Below, piece by piece: positions 37,753 to 50,180 of a DNA stretch of 64,000 nucleotides (position 1 is its first letter; every line of letters starts with the position of its first letter). This DNA is from Octopus sinensis. Taxonomy: Eukaryota. Location: positions 1,902-65,901 of the forward strand of contig NW_021824833.1 in the NCBI RefSeq assembly GCF_006345805.1. Reading direction: 5' to 3'. A program made the position numbers and the translations under genes. A model generated the notes under the pieces. It was not told the origin of the DNA. It did no database searches and saw only the letters and a program-made list of their open reading frames with translations.

Positions 37753-37973
37753 TATTTCTTTACTACCCACAAGAGGCTAAACACAGAGAGGACAAAAAAG
37801 GACAGACAAACGGATTAAGTCGATTGCATCGACCCCAGTGCGTAACTGGTACTTAATTTATCGACCCCGAAAGGCAAAGTCAACCTCGGCGGAATTTGAA
37901 CTCAGAACGTAACGGCAGACGAAATGCCGCTAAGCATTTCGCCCAGCGTTCTAACGTTTCTGCCAGCTCGCCT
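37753..37973 (-). mobile_element. SINE family 2B, full length, 11-bp TSD
   Basis: TSD cagcaaatacc (37742-37752) / cagtaaatacc (37974-37984); Tx1-like tail and intact tRNA-like head. Confidence 0.88.
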
Positions 37974-38039
37974 CAGTAAATACCATCAAGGAAAAACACC
38001 ATCATTGTCTCAGAGCCAGAAGAGAAGTCCAGTTCAGTA

Positions 38040-38580
38040 AAACGTGAATCAACATCATGGCTACTTTCCATATCTCCAGGCTGGTAGATGAGTGTGTATC
38101 TGGAAACGGTTAAAGTTGCAGCAACACGTTATACTAATAACGCTCCATCTAGACATAGCGATTGCCTCAAATTCCATCAAACAAATGATCATGTGGGAAC
38201 TAACTGTGCCCTGAGAATAACACATGGGGAAAGCTCACGGCAGGAAGTTGGCCAAGTACCAGAAGCTGGTAGGGCAGTGCAGTAATCGAAACTGGCAGGT
38301 ATTGTTTCAAGGCAATTGAAGGAGGGGTTTTTAGGGCGTTCATTCTGCAAAACTTTGACTGGGATGGGAGTTACTGGAGCAGCAAAGAGGAGGGCCATAG
38401 GTTCCATCAGTGAAGCTGCAGAGAAGGCCATTAGATGGTGGCTTTGGATGAAGAGGGTAGACCAGTGCAAGCTGGGACTCGATCAACTGAGCGAGGCGGG
38501 GTCTGATATTGAAGAACTTCAAAACCCCGGAGATCCTAGATACATCACTGACGATGTATCCCAGAGCATCCGTAAGATGT
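38040..38580 (+). mobile_element. Degraded 3' end of a HERO-like RLE non-LTR retrotransposon
   Basis: Fragments KQMIMWELTVP, RKLAKYQKLVGQC and GRSFCKTLTGMGVTGAAKRRAIGSISEAAEKAIRW(W)LWMKR. Confidence 0.65.
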
Positions 38581-38644
38581 ATCGTAAAACTAAACTAGTT
38601 TTAATAATTTTGTAAATAATTAAAATAGTTTAAAGCATACCGAC

Positions 38645-38723
38645 CTCAAAATGAATCCATTTAAAGGCATTCTTATGTAAATCAATTCTCAGGAATTCCT
38701 CAAAAGTTACCGAAGGAAGGTTT
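38645..38723 (-). CDS. KHK: KHK exon 5: NLPSVTFEEFLRIDLHKNAFKWIHFE
   Basis: ttttctttttag / gtcggt; 79 nt; FKWIH motif. Confidence 0.88.
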
Positions 38724-38809
38724 CTAAAAAGAAAAAAAAACATACAAAAGCATAAATGAGACTTGTGTATTTCATATGACCGCACAGTCATTATACATAA
38801 TACTAAAAC

Positions 38810-38973
38810 GTTCTGAGTTCAAATTCCGCCGAGGTCGACTTTGCCTTTCATCCTTTCGGGGTCGATTAATAAAGTACCAGTTACGCACTGGGGTCGATGT
38901 AATCGACTTAATCCCTTTGTCTTTCCTTGTTTGTCCCTTCTGTGTTTAGCCCCTTGTGGGTAGTAAAGAAATA
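38810..38973 (+). mobile_element. SINE family 2B, 5'-truncated, 18-bp TSD
   Basis: tatacataatactaaaac (38792-38809) / tatacataatgctaaaac (38974-38991). Confidence 0.85.
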
Positions 38974-39109
38974 TATACATAATGCTAAAACTTATATATG
39001 GGACATGTATATTTTCTGTGAAAGGAAATGATTTACTTTATCACATCTTAAATATTTTATGTGCGAGGTCGTTGTCCTGATTTTTTTTTATTCTACTAAT
39101 TAGAAGCGA

Positions 39110-39760
39110 CATGCTCTCGAGATCGTGGTTTCGATTCCCGAATCAGGCAGTGGGTTGTATTTTGGGCCAAAACACTTCATTTCACGTTGCTCCAGTCCAC
39201 TCAGCCGTAAATGGGTCACTCTGCAATGACCTGGCGTCCCGTTTAGGCGTGGGGGCCGGAGTGTTGTGATTACGGTCACGTATCAACTGTAGAAATCTGG
39301 TAACCGGCCCTATGAGTATGAAAACTCGAGGCAGTAAGGCCCAGAGACTTGTGGATATTACCAGCCGTCCCCTACCGTCTTCTCTATAATAGAAGCTGTT
39401 TCCGCACAACAAACTCTGTAATATAACTCCGTTCACGTGACCATCACATGACCATATCACGTTTATTAACATAATCTCGAGGATCCCAAGAAATTTGTAA
39501 TCGTCTTTATCGGCAATTAATGGCGGTACTAAAGGAACAGATTGAATTAATGTAAGTTAACTTTTCCGTGGTATGTAGAGGCGCATGTCTTAGTGGTTAA
39601 GGTTATTGTGGTTTCGATTCCTGGATCGGGCGATGCGCTATGCTCTTGAGCAAGACACTTCATTTCACATTGCTCCAGTCCACTCAGCTGGAAAAATGAG
39701 TAAGCCTGTCACGGATCAGCGTCCCATCCCGGGACGAGAAACCGGGAAACCGGTCATAAG
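39110..39760 (+). mobile_element. Two degraded SINE family 3 copies (tRNA-like head, ttgagcaagacacttcatttcac box)
   Basis: B-box-like ggtttcgattcc and shared ttcacgttgctccagtccactcagc. Related copies on the minus strand at 49500-49860 and 49880-50180. Confidence 0.65.
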
Positions 39761-40662
39761 CCCCTTGCAGAGTAATGTAGACTAACCGAACTTCCTCATG
39801 GCATCTATACAAAATAATGTGAACCGATCGAATGCAAGTAAACAGTTGGGTTGGAGCGAACTAGTGACAGAATGTATCAGCAATTGAGGAACCTTTCTTT
39901 CTGTCCTCAACTGGGTGAAGTCATAGGGGTACGGCCGGACCATATAGTGAAGTCACAGGGATACGGCCGGATCATATGGTGGAAAAAAGGTTTGGAAAAA
40001 AGAAAGAAAATTAGGAGAATCGATCCCAATTATATAACTGGTACTTTATGTATCGACCCCCGAAGGGAAGAAAGGTCAACTTGGCCTCAACAGGATTTAA
40101 ACGCAGAACAGCGCAGTGAAATAAAAAGATCACCAAGAAATAGTCTAGCCGAGGTTTTAACAACTTCACTGACTCGGTGCCTATTTAATGCCCATAGATT
40201 TAGTTGATGCATTTAAATAGATAAAATTTAGAATATGTTCGTTTAAACTGTTTTTGGTAGCATAAAAGACGAATACGCGCACTTCACGCGTCACATTTTC
40301 AGCAGCGCATATTCAGGGGAAAAAAACACAAGATTATAAAGCATCAAAGCTTGTACTACTTAAACCAAATTTGCATAAAGGACTTGTGGGGGTGTTTTTA
40401 AGCAGAATTTGGGGGGAAAAAAATTTGTCTTGTATGCCATTAAGTTCGGTAAAAAGTTAAAAATTAGAATAAATCGGTTTTCTACAAGAAAAATTTTAAC
40501 ATTTGGTACTAAACTTTTCTTCAGGAACGATTCTTATCCCTATCCGAAGAGTGAATGAATAGGATGTAATAAGAAAAGGATACAGACAGAGAAGGTTGGG
40601 AAGGGGGGGGGTAGAAAATAGTGAAGGAAAACCATCAAACTTGACACACATTGTCAACTCAC

Positions 40663-40796
40663 ATTGGGGGAGACAGGATTGTTCTAGAAGCATTCAAAGA
40701 GTTGATAAGCACCACTGTCTGAATATTGATGTGTCCATCGTGGAAGATGCAGCTGGATATGTCAATATTATATTTGGCGAAGTCTTCGATAAGAAC
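40663..40796 (-). CDS. KHK: KHK exon 4: (F)[43 protein letters not shown]
   Basis: atgttgcag / gtgagt; 134 nt, one short of preserving the frame after exon 3. Confidence 0.85.
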
Positions 40797-40830
40797 CTGC
40801 AACATAGATTGTGAGTGAGTGTATATATAC

Positions 40831-40949
<119 letters not shown>

Positions 40950-40975
40950 ATGTATGTATGTAGTATGTATGTATG

Positions 40976-41022
<47 letters not shown>

Positions 41023-41159
41023 TGTTATGAGAATTTTATGGTAACTCAACGATTTACATATTTTATCCTTATGAAAAACTGAGACCATACTAAAGAGGGT
41101 TGTTGAGTCTAGTTGCGTATAAACTAAAAATATGAAGAATCTTTGTTAGAAATCGCCCT

Positions 41160-41500
41160 TGTCACACTGCGTGGCACCTTGAGCAAGTATCTTCTACTAT
41201 AGCCTCGGGCCGATCAAAGCCTTGTGGATTTGGTAGACGGAAACTGAAAGAAGCCCGTCGTATATATGTATATGTATATATGTATGTGTGTGTATATGTT
41301 TGTGTATGTGTTTGTCCCCTCAACATCGATTGACAACCGATGCTAGTGTGTTTACGTCCCCGTAACATAGCGGTTCGGCAAAAGAAACCGATAGAATAAG
41401 TACTAGGCTTACAAAGAATAAGTCCTGGGGTCGATTTGCTCGACTAAAGGCAGTGATCTAGCATGGTCGCAATCAAATGACTGAAACAAGTAAAAGAGTA
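41160..41500 (+). mobile_element. SINE family 1, 5'-truncated
   Basis: CORE-like segment, internal tract and tail. Confidence 0.8.
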
Positions 41501-41504
41501 TATA

Positions 41505-42500
41505 TATTTGGTCCACAGCTCCTTCCCTGACCCTACCTCCCAACCTGGCTCGTTCCCCTGCTCCCGCCCACGTTGCCACACTTGCCCTTACCTCTCCAAC
41601 ACCACCCTCCTCACTGGCACCCAACATCGACCCTATCGCATCATCAACTCCTTCACCTGCACCTCCAGTAATATCATCTATTGCATCTCTTGCTCTCTCT
41701 GCCATTCCCTGTACATCGGACAAACGGGACGCCGCTTGGCTGACTGGTTCGCGGAACACCTCCGTGACATCCGCCTTGCCAACGACACACCGGTCTCACG
41801 CCATTTCCGCTCCACCGGTCACTCCTTGCAACACCTGTCTGTGTTCGGTTTGTCCTTGCACAGAGGCCATCCGGATTCCCGTTTGCGCCGTGAACAGGGA
41901 TTAATCTTCTCTCTTCGCTCTTTTACGCCATTTGGTCTCAACTCCACACTTTTCATCTAACCCACCCCCCGACTCCTATTTCTCTTCAGTCCTTCATCTT
42001 TTCACCCCTACTCTCTTTCCCTCCTTTCCCTTCTTCCCTCCTCTTCTTTCCTCTTTCTTCTTCCCTCTTCCCCTTCTCTCTTTCTCTCTTTCTCTCTGCT
42101 CCCTCACTCCCCTTCTCTCATCATACATACATACATACATACACACGTCCAGACCTTTCATACGCACCACATACTCTCTCATACACACACGCACCCTTAT
42201 GTTGGGGCAAAGTCATTTGACCCTGTTATCTCCCCTATTTTCACTCTTGCGTCTCACGTTTGGTCTCTGACTTCTGGCCAGAATCGCCATGTTGAATCGC
42301 TAGCTTCTGCACGCATTTTTTTCTCTCCTTGTTTCTCTCCGTGTTTCTTTTCTGTGTATCTTTCTATCGAAGAGCGTAGGCTCGAAACGTAAAAGACTTG
42401 TTTTATTTATATTCCTGAGCGCCATACTAATACAATTGTTTGTTTGTACTCCACCTGCCTTCGTCTTTTATTTATTTTCATAAAGCTTCCCGTTATATAT
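41505..42500 (+). mobile_element. 5'-truncated Penelope-like element (Neptune-type) with pseudo-LTR
   Basis: GIY-YIG ORF followed by a CT-rich 3' region with a hammerhead remnant (GAGC..GCTC GAAACGTA at 42372-42391). Confidence 0.8.
41508..41960 (+). CDS. GIY-YIG endonuclease domain of a Penelope-like element
   Basis: CSRPRCHTC zinc linker, FTCTSSNIIYCISC..C...YIGQTGRRL..F.EH, RHF and RLRREQ..I..L...P.GLN. Confidence 0.88.
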   Translation: MVHSSFPDPTSQPGSFPCSRPRCHTCPYLSNTTLLTGTQHRPYRIINSFTCTSSNIIYCISCSLCHSLYIGQTGRRLADWFAEHLRDIRLANDTPVSRHFRSTGHSLQHLSVFGLSLHRGHPDSRLRREQGLIFSLRSFTPFGLNSTLFI

Positions 42501-42912
42501 ATATATAATTGTATAATAATATATCATAACAATTTGAAACGACAATTGTTACATACAAACAAAATGACTGAAAAACAATGAGCTAACCCCAGCCAGAATC
42601 GAACCTACAAATCAACGCTAACACGGTTCCTTGCACATCCGATTGGGCCAAACGCTCACCCATCAATTTCAGTCAAATTTAATTAATATATACTTAAACT
42701 GCCTAATACTACATATAATATATAGGCATGGCTGTGTGGTAAGAAGTTTGCTTCCCAACTACATGGTTCCGGGTTCAGTCCCACAGTGTGAGCTACACAT
42801 GGAAAAGACATAGATGCCGGAACCATGTAGTTGGGAAAGAAGTTTCTTATCACACAGCCACCCTGAACCTCTATGATAAGTTTAAAGAGATATTAAAGAT
42901 ATGAAAACTGAC

Positions 42913-43029
42913 GCTTTCTCGTAGCTACTGGCCATACTTCCGAAGAACGCACAAGGTTGTCCAAGGAGGGACAAAACAGTTGAGTTATTCGAAGCGTTAC
43001 CACCTCGTCTCCATTCTTGATGAATAACT
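42913..43029 (-). CDS. KHK: KHK exon 3: [38 protein letters not shown]
   Basis: gtgttgcag / gtcagt; 117 nt; GGNASN sugar-binding motif. Confidence 0.92.
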
Positions 43030-43802
43030 CTGCAACACAAGAACAAAAAATACAAATGATAATTAAAAATAATGATGATAATTAAATAGGGAGCGATTGT
43101 ATATAATTACTAATTATATCTAATTAGATAACTGATACACTTAAACAATTGTTTAGTTTGGTGTTGTGATATTGTCTTCGCTGTCTTTGCCGCCGTGAAA
43201 TCTAAATGGACATTGAGACAGTTGAAAAGTGCGGATAACAAAACGGGCTCCGAGGAGCAGCCGTTTTATGTCTATCATCGGAACTACATTTGGAGCTCGA
43301 GGGGGAATTTTGGAGCAAAGGGGCCCTCTTGTACCAAAGAGCACTCTTTCGATAGACAACACGTTGATCTCATAAGTGTCGCATGGTGGAAATAAACGCA
43401 TTTACCAAACATTCAATTCATTTCATTTTTTTTTTTTTGCATTTTAATTTGTACATCTGTACTCCCGACTGCATACAAGTGCATATATAAAACGACGTTC
43501 TTTATTTTTTTTATCATTATTTGCTGATATCAAAATAAGTAGAATATTGAAAAATAAAAATATTTTGTAGCGGGTCATTTGTGACTCCAAGGGTCGAAAG
43601 GGGGCCTTTAGCCAAAATAGGTTGAGAACCTTTGATCTAAATTAATCATTTCCAGTTAAAAGATGGCAACGAAATGTTTTACTTTATACCAAAAATAGAA
43701 ACTGAAAAGACATTCGGCAAAGCAATTGAAACTAACCAAGGCAATACTCCAGTATAGCCGCAGTCTGAAAGAATATAATAATAAAAGAATACAAATTCTT
43801 AC

Positions 43803-43901
43803 AGTGTATCAGTATCTTCGTCCGGGTATTTGGGGCAAATGTTTACAATATCAATACACACTAAACCAACGAATAAAACCTTCGGTTTCTCTTCTGAATC
43901 G
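43803..43901 (-). CDS. KHK: KHK exon 2: DSEEKPKVLFVGLVCIDIVNICPKYPDEDTDT
   Basis: catttttcag / gtaaga; 99 nt; VGLV.D...YP.ED motif. Confidence 0.9.
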
Positions 43902-44087
43902 CTGAAAAATGTAAATGGATTCTGAGTTATTGCTCGAAACATTTTTCATTGTTTAAGTAAAAACTGACGTAAAGAAGAAACAGGCGTTAATGCATTAATA
44001 TAGCATCAGTGGGTTTTGAACCCAGCACATAGAGGTTTGCAACTAAATACTACAGCGTATTTCATGTGCCATTACGTGATCTTAGAT

Positions 44088-44090
44088 TTC

Positions 44091-44130
<40 letters not shown>

Positions 44131-44164
44131 GCTGTTGTTGTTGTTATTATTATTATTATTGTTG

Positions 44165-44256
<92 letters not shown>

Positions 44257-44272
44257 GTTGTTGTTGTTATTA
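44088..44272 (+). repeat. (TGT)n/(TAT)n microsatellite
   Basis: Direct tandem run. Confidence 0.95.
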
Positions 44273-44274
44273 TA

Positions 44275-45062
44275 GCACAATGGTTAGCTCACCGGGCGAA
44301 ATGCTTAACGGTATTTCGTCTGTCTTTACGTTCTGAGTTCAAATTCCGCCGAGGTCGACTTTGCCTTTCATCCTTTCGAAGTCGATAAATTAAGTACCAG
44401 TGAAACACTAGAGTCGATGTAATCAACTAGTCCCCTCCACAAAATTTCAGGCCTTGTGCCTCTAGTAGAAAGGATTGTTATTGTTATATTGATTTTAAAT
44501 TACGCCGAGATTGACTTTGCCATCTAAGTTCAAGTGTCACCAAAGTCGACTTTGTCTTTCATTCTTTCCGATTCGATCAAATAAGTACATGTTGAATACT
44601 GGGGTCCATATAATCGACTAACCCTTTCCCCAATATTTTAGCCCGTGTGCCTGAAGTAAAAAAGACTGATAGCACGTCGGTGAAAATGTTTAGCGGCATT
44701 TCTTCCGGACATACATTCTGAGTTCAAATTCCACCGAGGTCGATTTTGCCTTTCGGGGTTGATAAAATAAGTACCAGTTAATTACTGAAGTCAATGTAAT
44801 CGACTTTGCTGGCCTTGTGCAAAAATTTGAAATTATTATTATTATTATTATCGGCGAGGTGGCAAAACCGTTAGCATACCGGACGAAAATGCTAAGCGGT
44901 TTTTCGTCTGCCGCTAAGTTCTGAGTTCAAATTCCGCGGAAGTCGACACTGCCTTTTATCCTTTCGGGGTCGATAAATCAAGTACCAGTGAAAGACTGGG
45001 GTCGATGTAATCGTCTTCTTCCCTCCCCCGAAATTTGAGGCCTTGTGCCTCCAGTAGAAAGG
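44275..45062 (+). mobile_element. Tandem cluster of four SINE family 2A copies or fragments
   Basis: Repeated gttctgagttcaaattcc...gtcgactttgcctttcatcc...ggccttgtgcc units separated by (TAT)n. Confidence 0.75.
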
Positions 45063-45079
45063 ATTATTATTATTATTAT

Positions 45080-45607
45080 TGAGTGAGAGAGCAGTTCATG
45101 CCATCAAAGTGACACTGGGGAAAAATATACGAAGCCCAATATACCCATCATGACTACCCGTCTGATAAGGGCACACCAGGCACATGCATCACAACCATAT
45201 GTGCGCGACATGGTGATCTCATATCAAGATAAACAGCACATGACCTTGCAGGTGGGGCCCAGTTAGAATTTTCTTCAGGTTGAGTAGCCCATCCCGCTCA
45301 AGCGGTCCCTGAATAAGGGTTGTTTAAGGATGTTGAAAGAACCACCCATGTTTCCAGAGTTGAATTATTCAAACCCCAAAGAATCCCTCTCAACACATGG
45401 CTATGATGCTCCCCCACTACTTCTGCTCGTGATCAGAGATGCACATATCGTCAGCCACTAAGGGACATGCTCAACTGGTTAAGGTCAAACAACTGACAAG
45501 CAAATCTGTGGTATTGAGCAGAATATTTGCTGTAGCCCATCTTTTATACCAAGACAAAACAATGTACATGATAACACTTCCAATCAGTTGATAACACTTC
45601 CAATCAG

Positions 45608-45608
<1 letters not shown>
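45080..45608. mobile_element. Unclassified ~530-bp insertion inside (TTA)n
   Basis: Higher-complexity block flanked on both sides by (TTA)n, with a terminal 20-bp tandem duplication gataacacttccaatcagtt. Confidence 0.5.
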
Positions 45609-45669
<61 letters not shown>

Positions 45670-46039
45670 CATTATTATTATTATTAAGAAATAGATTAAG
45701 ACTTACCGCAAGTGAGACATATCTGGTTGTCAGTTATAAACAGAAGTGTGTGTGTGTGTGGCTGTCTGTCTGTGTACTTTTTTTTTGATTTTGGTTTAAA
45801 GTTGATAATGACTTCGAAGTTTCATTGCTGCTGGTTCATCAAACTGCAATGTAGAATTATAACAACAAGATTTTTAAAGTGAATAAATGTAAAATAATTG
45901 AAGAAGAATTCTATGATTGCATGCTTGTAATCATGTGACGGGGGCTGAGAGGTGACATAGTTTCGGCACTATGAGACTTAAAGTTTCGTAAGCTTCTTAC
46001 AGAGAAACCTAGCTCGGGGTTAGGTGTACAAACACATGG

Positions 46040-46114
<75 letters not shown>

Positions 46115-46127
46115 CCCACATATATAT

Positions 46128-46282
46128 AAGTGGCTGTGTGGTGAGAAGCTTGCTTCTCAAGCACATGGTTCCGGGCTCATCCCATTGCATGGCACCTTAG
46201 GCAAGTGTCTTCTACTATAGCCCCAGGCCGACCAAAGCCTTGTGAGTGGATTTGGTAGACGGAAACTGAAAGCAGCCCGTCG

Positions 46283-46350
<68 letters not shown>

Positions 46351-47105
46351 TATATATAAACTGTAGTTGTGTGAGTGTCTGTCCCCTTCGATTTAGATTC
46401 CTAACTACTCCCACATTTTGCGGTGCAGTTTAACCAAATTCGGGTATCTTATAGTCGTGATTCATATCGAGCCCGTCTGGCTATTAGCGCGCGTCTACGA
46501 TGAGTCTACGATTTTTAAAATAATTTAACATCATTTTTTATTCCATTTTAATGCATATTTTTTCGTGTGTCGATGGCGGCGGAGTTGGCGTCCACGCTCA
46601 CAGCTGCACCTGTGTTGCTTCTCCCCCTTCTTCCCTCCCTCGTGAAGCTGTGGGGAAGGGAGTGTAAGGAAATCAACGTCGTAAAGCATTGTCAAGGAGA
46701 CCAGCGTTCTTTTAGAACAACGACTTCATGGCTTGAAGACACCAAAACAGAAATGGCTAAGAAAGCCCGAATTGGCATCTATAAGGGAAGTAACTCTCTA
46801 AAAATGCTTATATAGTTATTTCCCTTACAAACCCGAGCAACGCCGGGCGATACTGCTAGTATATATATATATATGTATGTATGTATTTATATGTTTGTGT
46901 GCCTGTGTTTGTACCTCACCATCGCTTGAGAACTGATGTTGGTGTGTTTACGTCCCCGTAACTTAGCGGTTCGGTAAAAGAAACCGATAGAATAAGTACT
47001 AGTATTACAAAGAATAAGTCCTCGGGTCGATTTGTTCGACTAAAGGCGTGCTCCGGCATGGCCGCAGTCGAATAACGGAAACCAATAAAACAAAGAATAA
47101 AAGAA
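46128..47105 (+). mobile_element. SINE family 1 split by a Helitron inserted in its internal (TA)n
   Basis: Head 46128-46290 and tail 46880-47105 flank the Helitron-like element. Confidence 0.75.
46351..46859 (+). mobile_element. Helitron-like element, second body type
   Basis: Ends acaaacccgagcaacgccgggcgatactgCTAGt, identical to the other copies, but its internal sequence differs. Confidence 0.7.
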
Positions 47106-47289
47106 TATAAGTATGTATGTGTATGTATACGCGGGCGCCTGTGTATGTGTGTACGTGAGTGTGTGTGTGTGTATGTATGTGTGAGTCCGTCCTCTTCTCT
47201 CTATCAAAATTCTCTCACAAAGCTCAAGGTATGTTGCGTAATGTCACTGTTATTTAATAAGAGAGAGAGAGAGAGAGAGAAATGGAAGA

Positions 47290-47880
47290 AAAAATGAAGG
47301 AGAAGAGGAGGAGGAGGAGGAGGAGGAAGAAGAGGAAGAAGAAGATAAAGAAGAAGAAGAAGAAGAAGAAGAAGATAAAGAAGATAAAGAAGAAGATAAA
47401 GAAGAAGATAAAGAAGGAGGAGGAGGAGGAGGAGAAGAAGAAGAAGTAGATAAAGAAGAAGATAAAGAAGAAGATAAAGAAGAAGAAGGTAAAGAAGAAG
47501 AAGGGGAGGAGGAGGAGGAGGAGAGGAGAAGATAAAAAAGACGAAGAAGAAGATAAAGAAGAAGATAAAGAAGAAGGGGGAAGATGGGGAGGAGGAGAAG
47601 AAGAAGAAGAAGAAGAAGAAGAAGAAGATAAAGAAGATGGGGAGGAGGAGGAGAAGGAGAAGGAAGAGGAGGAGGAAAAGAATAAGATAAGAAGAAAGAA
47701 GAAGATAAAGAAAAAGGAAGAAGAAAAAGAAGAAGAAGAGAAGAAGAAGAAAAAGAAGAAGAAAAAAAGAAGAAAAAGAGAAGAAGAAGAAAAAGAAGAA
47801 AAGAAAAGAAGAAAGAAGAAGAAGAAGAAGAAGAAGAAGAAGAAGAAGAAGAAGAGAAGAAAAAGAAGAAGAAGAATGAT
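47290..47880 (+). repeat. (GAA/GAG/GAT)n polypurine tract
   Basis: Direct. Confidence 0.95.
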
Positions 47881-48254
47881 ATTAGCAAGAAAAAAAGCTA
47901 AGCAATTTTAGCGGTGAATAAAGAAGAGGAAAAAAGAAAGAACGCAGCACGATAAAAGGAAGGAAGAAGCTACGTAAAAAAGTTGTCGGAGTGAGGGGGT
48001 AACAAAGAAAGAAAGGCGGTAGGAGGGGAGTATAGAGTGACAGATAGAGAGAGAGAAAGAGAGAAAGAAACAGAGAGATGAAAGTAGAGAGAGGGTGAAA
48101 GAGAGAGAAAGAGAGAGAGAGATGGACGCGCACCCTCACAAAAATAAAAGCTCGTACGTTCGTAGGTTCAACATTTCCGCTACGTATCTGCTGTCGCTGT
48201 TGTGTCTATTATAGAAGATCGTCAAATAAAACATACATTGTTTGTATATTGTCA

Positions 48255-48383
<129 letters not shown>

Positions 48384-48454
48384 TCATTATTATATTATTA
48401 GTATTATTATCATTATTATTGTTATTATTATTATTATTATTTTTTTTTTTTTTT

Positions 48455-48632
48455 CTTCTTTCAAATTTGCTTCCATTTCTTGCCGAGTGTCTTCCCGACT
48501 CCTAGGGCAAAGAAACTCATAGTGTACATTGGTAGGCCATTAAACTAAACAATAGTTCGTTCATTTTTTTTTTAAGTTAAATTAAAATACATGAGCAGCA
48601 ACAGTTCTCACATCGACAATGCTCTTCTCAAT
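48455..48632 (-). mobile_element. R4/Dong-like 3' UTR fragment embedded in (ATT)n/(CAT)n
   Basis: Near-identical to 8395-8570. Confidence 0.8.
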
Positions 48633-48633
48633 A

Positions 48634-48667
<34 letters not shown>

Positions 48668-48689
48668 CATTATTATTATTATTATTATT

Positions 48690-48724
<35 letters not shown>

Positions 48725-48767
48725 TATTATTATCATTATTTTTATTATTATTATTATCATTATTATT

Positions 48768-48805
<38 letters not shown>

Positions 48806-48948
48806 TATTATTATTATTATTATTATTAATATTATTATTATTATTATTATTATCATTATTCTTCTTCTTATTATTATTGTTGTTGTTGTTGTTATTATTA
48901 TTATTATCAGTATTATTATTATTATCATTATTATTACTCCATTATTAC

Positions 48949-48991
<43 letters not shown>

Positions 48992-49499
48992 GTTGTTGTT
49001 GTTGTTGTTTTGTTGTTGTTGTTATTATCATACTCGCGTTTTCCGAATGCTTCCAGCTACGCAATAAAATATTTGATCCACCACTTATAAATAATAGAAA
49101 GCGGCTTATGTTATGTTTAACCCTGGGTCCAGCCTTTATTGAGTAGATTTATGATCAAGAGCGTTCAAGCCATGACCATCCTATCCTTTTTATGACAGTC
49201 GGGTATGATTTAAGAAAGTTGTAGCTGTTACTTCTAGCAAAACAAGTGACCACTTAAAATTTTGAGTGATAGCTGTGTATGTGTATGTGTGTGTTTAAGG
49301 GTGGAGATACACACATACACACACGTTTCCTTGTTTATGCGTATGTATACATGCATAGATGTGCATAGACGTATACATACATACACACGATCACGCGAGC
49401 ATACACACACATACGTATAAACACACACACATACACATACACACACGCAACGATTTGCCAAAAAAGGCTAAGCAATGGCTGAAACAGTAAAGATAGAAG

Positions 49500-50180
49500 A
49501 TCTTTGGGGTGGACAGAACGAACTTCACACAACCGGTACTCCGTCGGTTACGACGATTAGGATTCCAGTTATCCAATCAACGGAGCAACCTGCTCGTAAA
49601 ATTTAACCAAGTGGTCGAGTACTCCACAAGCACACATACTCTCAACGTAATTCTTTGGGAGATTCACCGTGAAACAGTGTGTGACAACGTTGGCCCTTTT
49701 CAATTACAGGTACAACTCATGTTTTGCCAGCCGAGTAGACTGGACCAAGGGGAAATAATGTGCATTGCTCGAGGACACAAAGCGCCGCCAGGAATCGAAC
49801 TCATGTCCTTACGATCGTTCGCCAGATATATACATAACCACTAAGCCACGCGCCTTCACACATACATAAATAAGAGCAAAGACTGCATTCGGTCATGAAT
49901 GACCATGGGATTGAACCTAGAAAGTTCTCCTCCAAGGTACACGTCTCCCCTATCCAAGTCTCCTTTCTCCATGCCACTGATGTTATCCAAGGGAAAGGCA
50001 AAGGGGCCGATAGAGCGTGGCACCAGTGATGTCGCAACTCATATCTAATGCTGAGTAAACTGGAGCAACGTGAAATAAAGTGTCTTGCTCAAGAACACAA
50101 CACGCAGCTCGGTCTGGGATTCGAACTCACAACCTCATGATTGTGAATCGAACGTTCTAACGACTGAGCCATGCGTCTTC
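49500..50180 (-). mobile_element. Two SINE family 3 elements
   Basis: Heads ggcgcgtggcttagtggtt..gagttcgattcc and gacgcatggctcagtcgttag..gagttcgaatccc, with a (g)tcttgagcaagacactt-like box. Confidence 0.7.

Noticed and set aside
43153-43635. Short ORFs and a hAT-like end (aggttgagaacc) in KHK intron 2
   Set aside because: Possibly DNA-transposon debris, but too degraded to classify.
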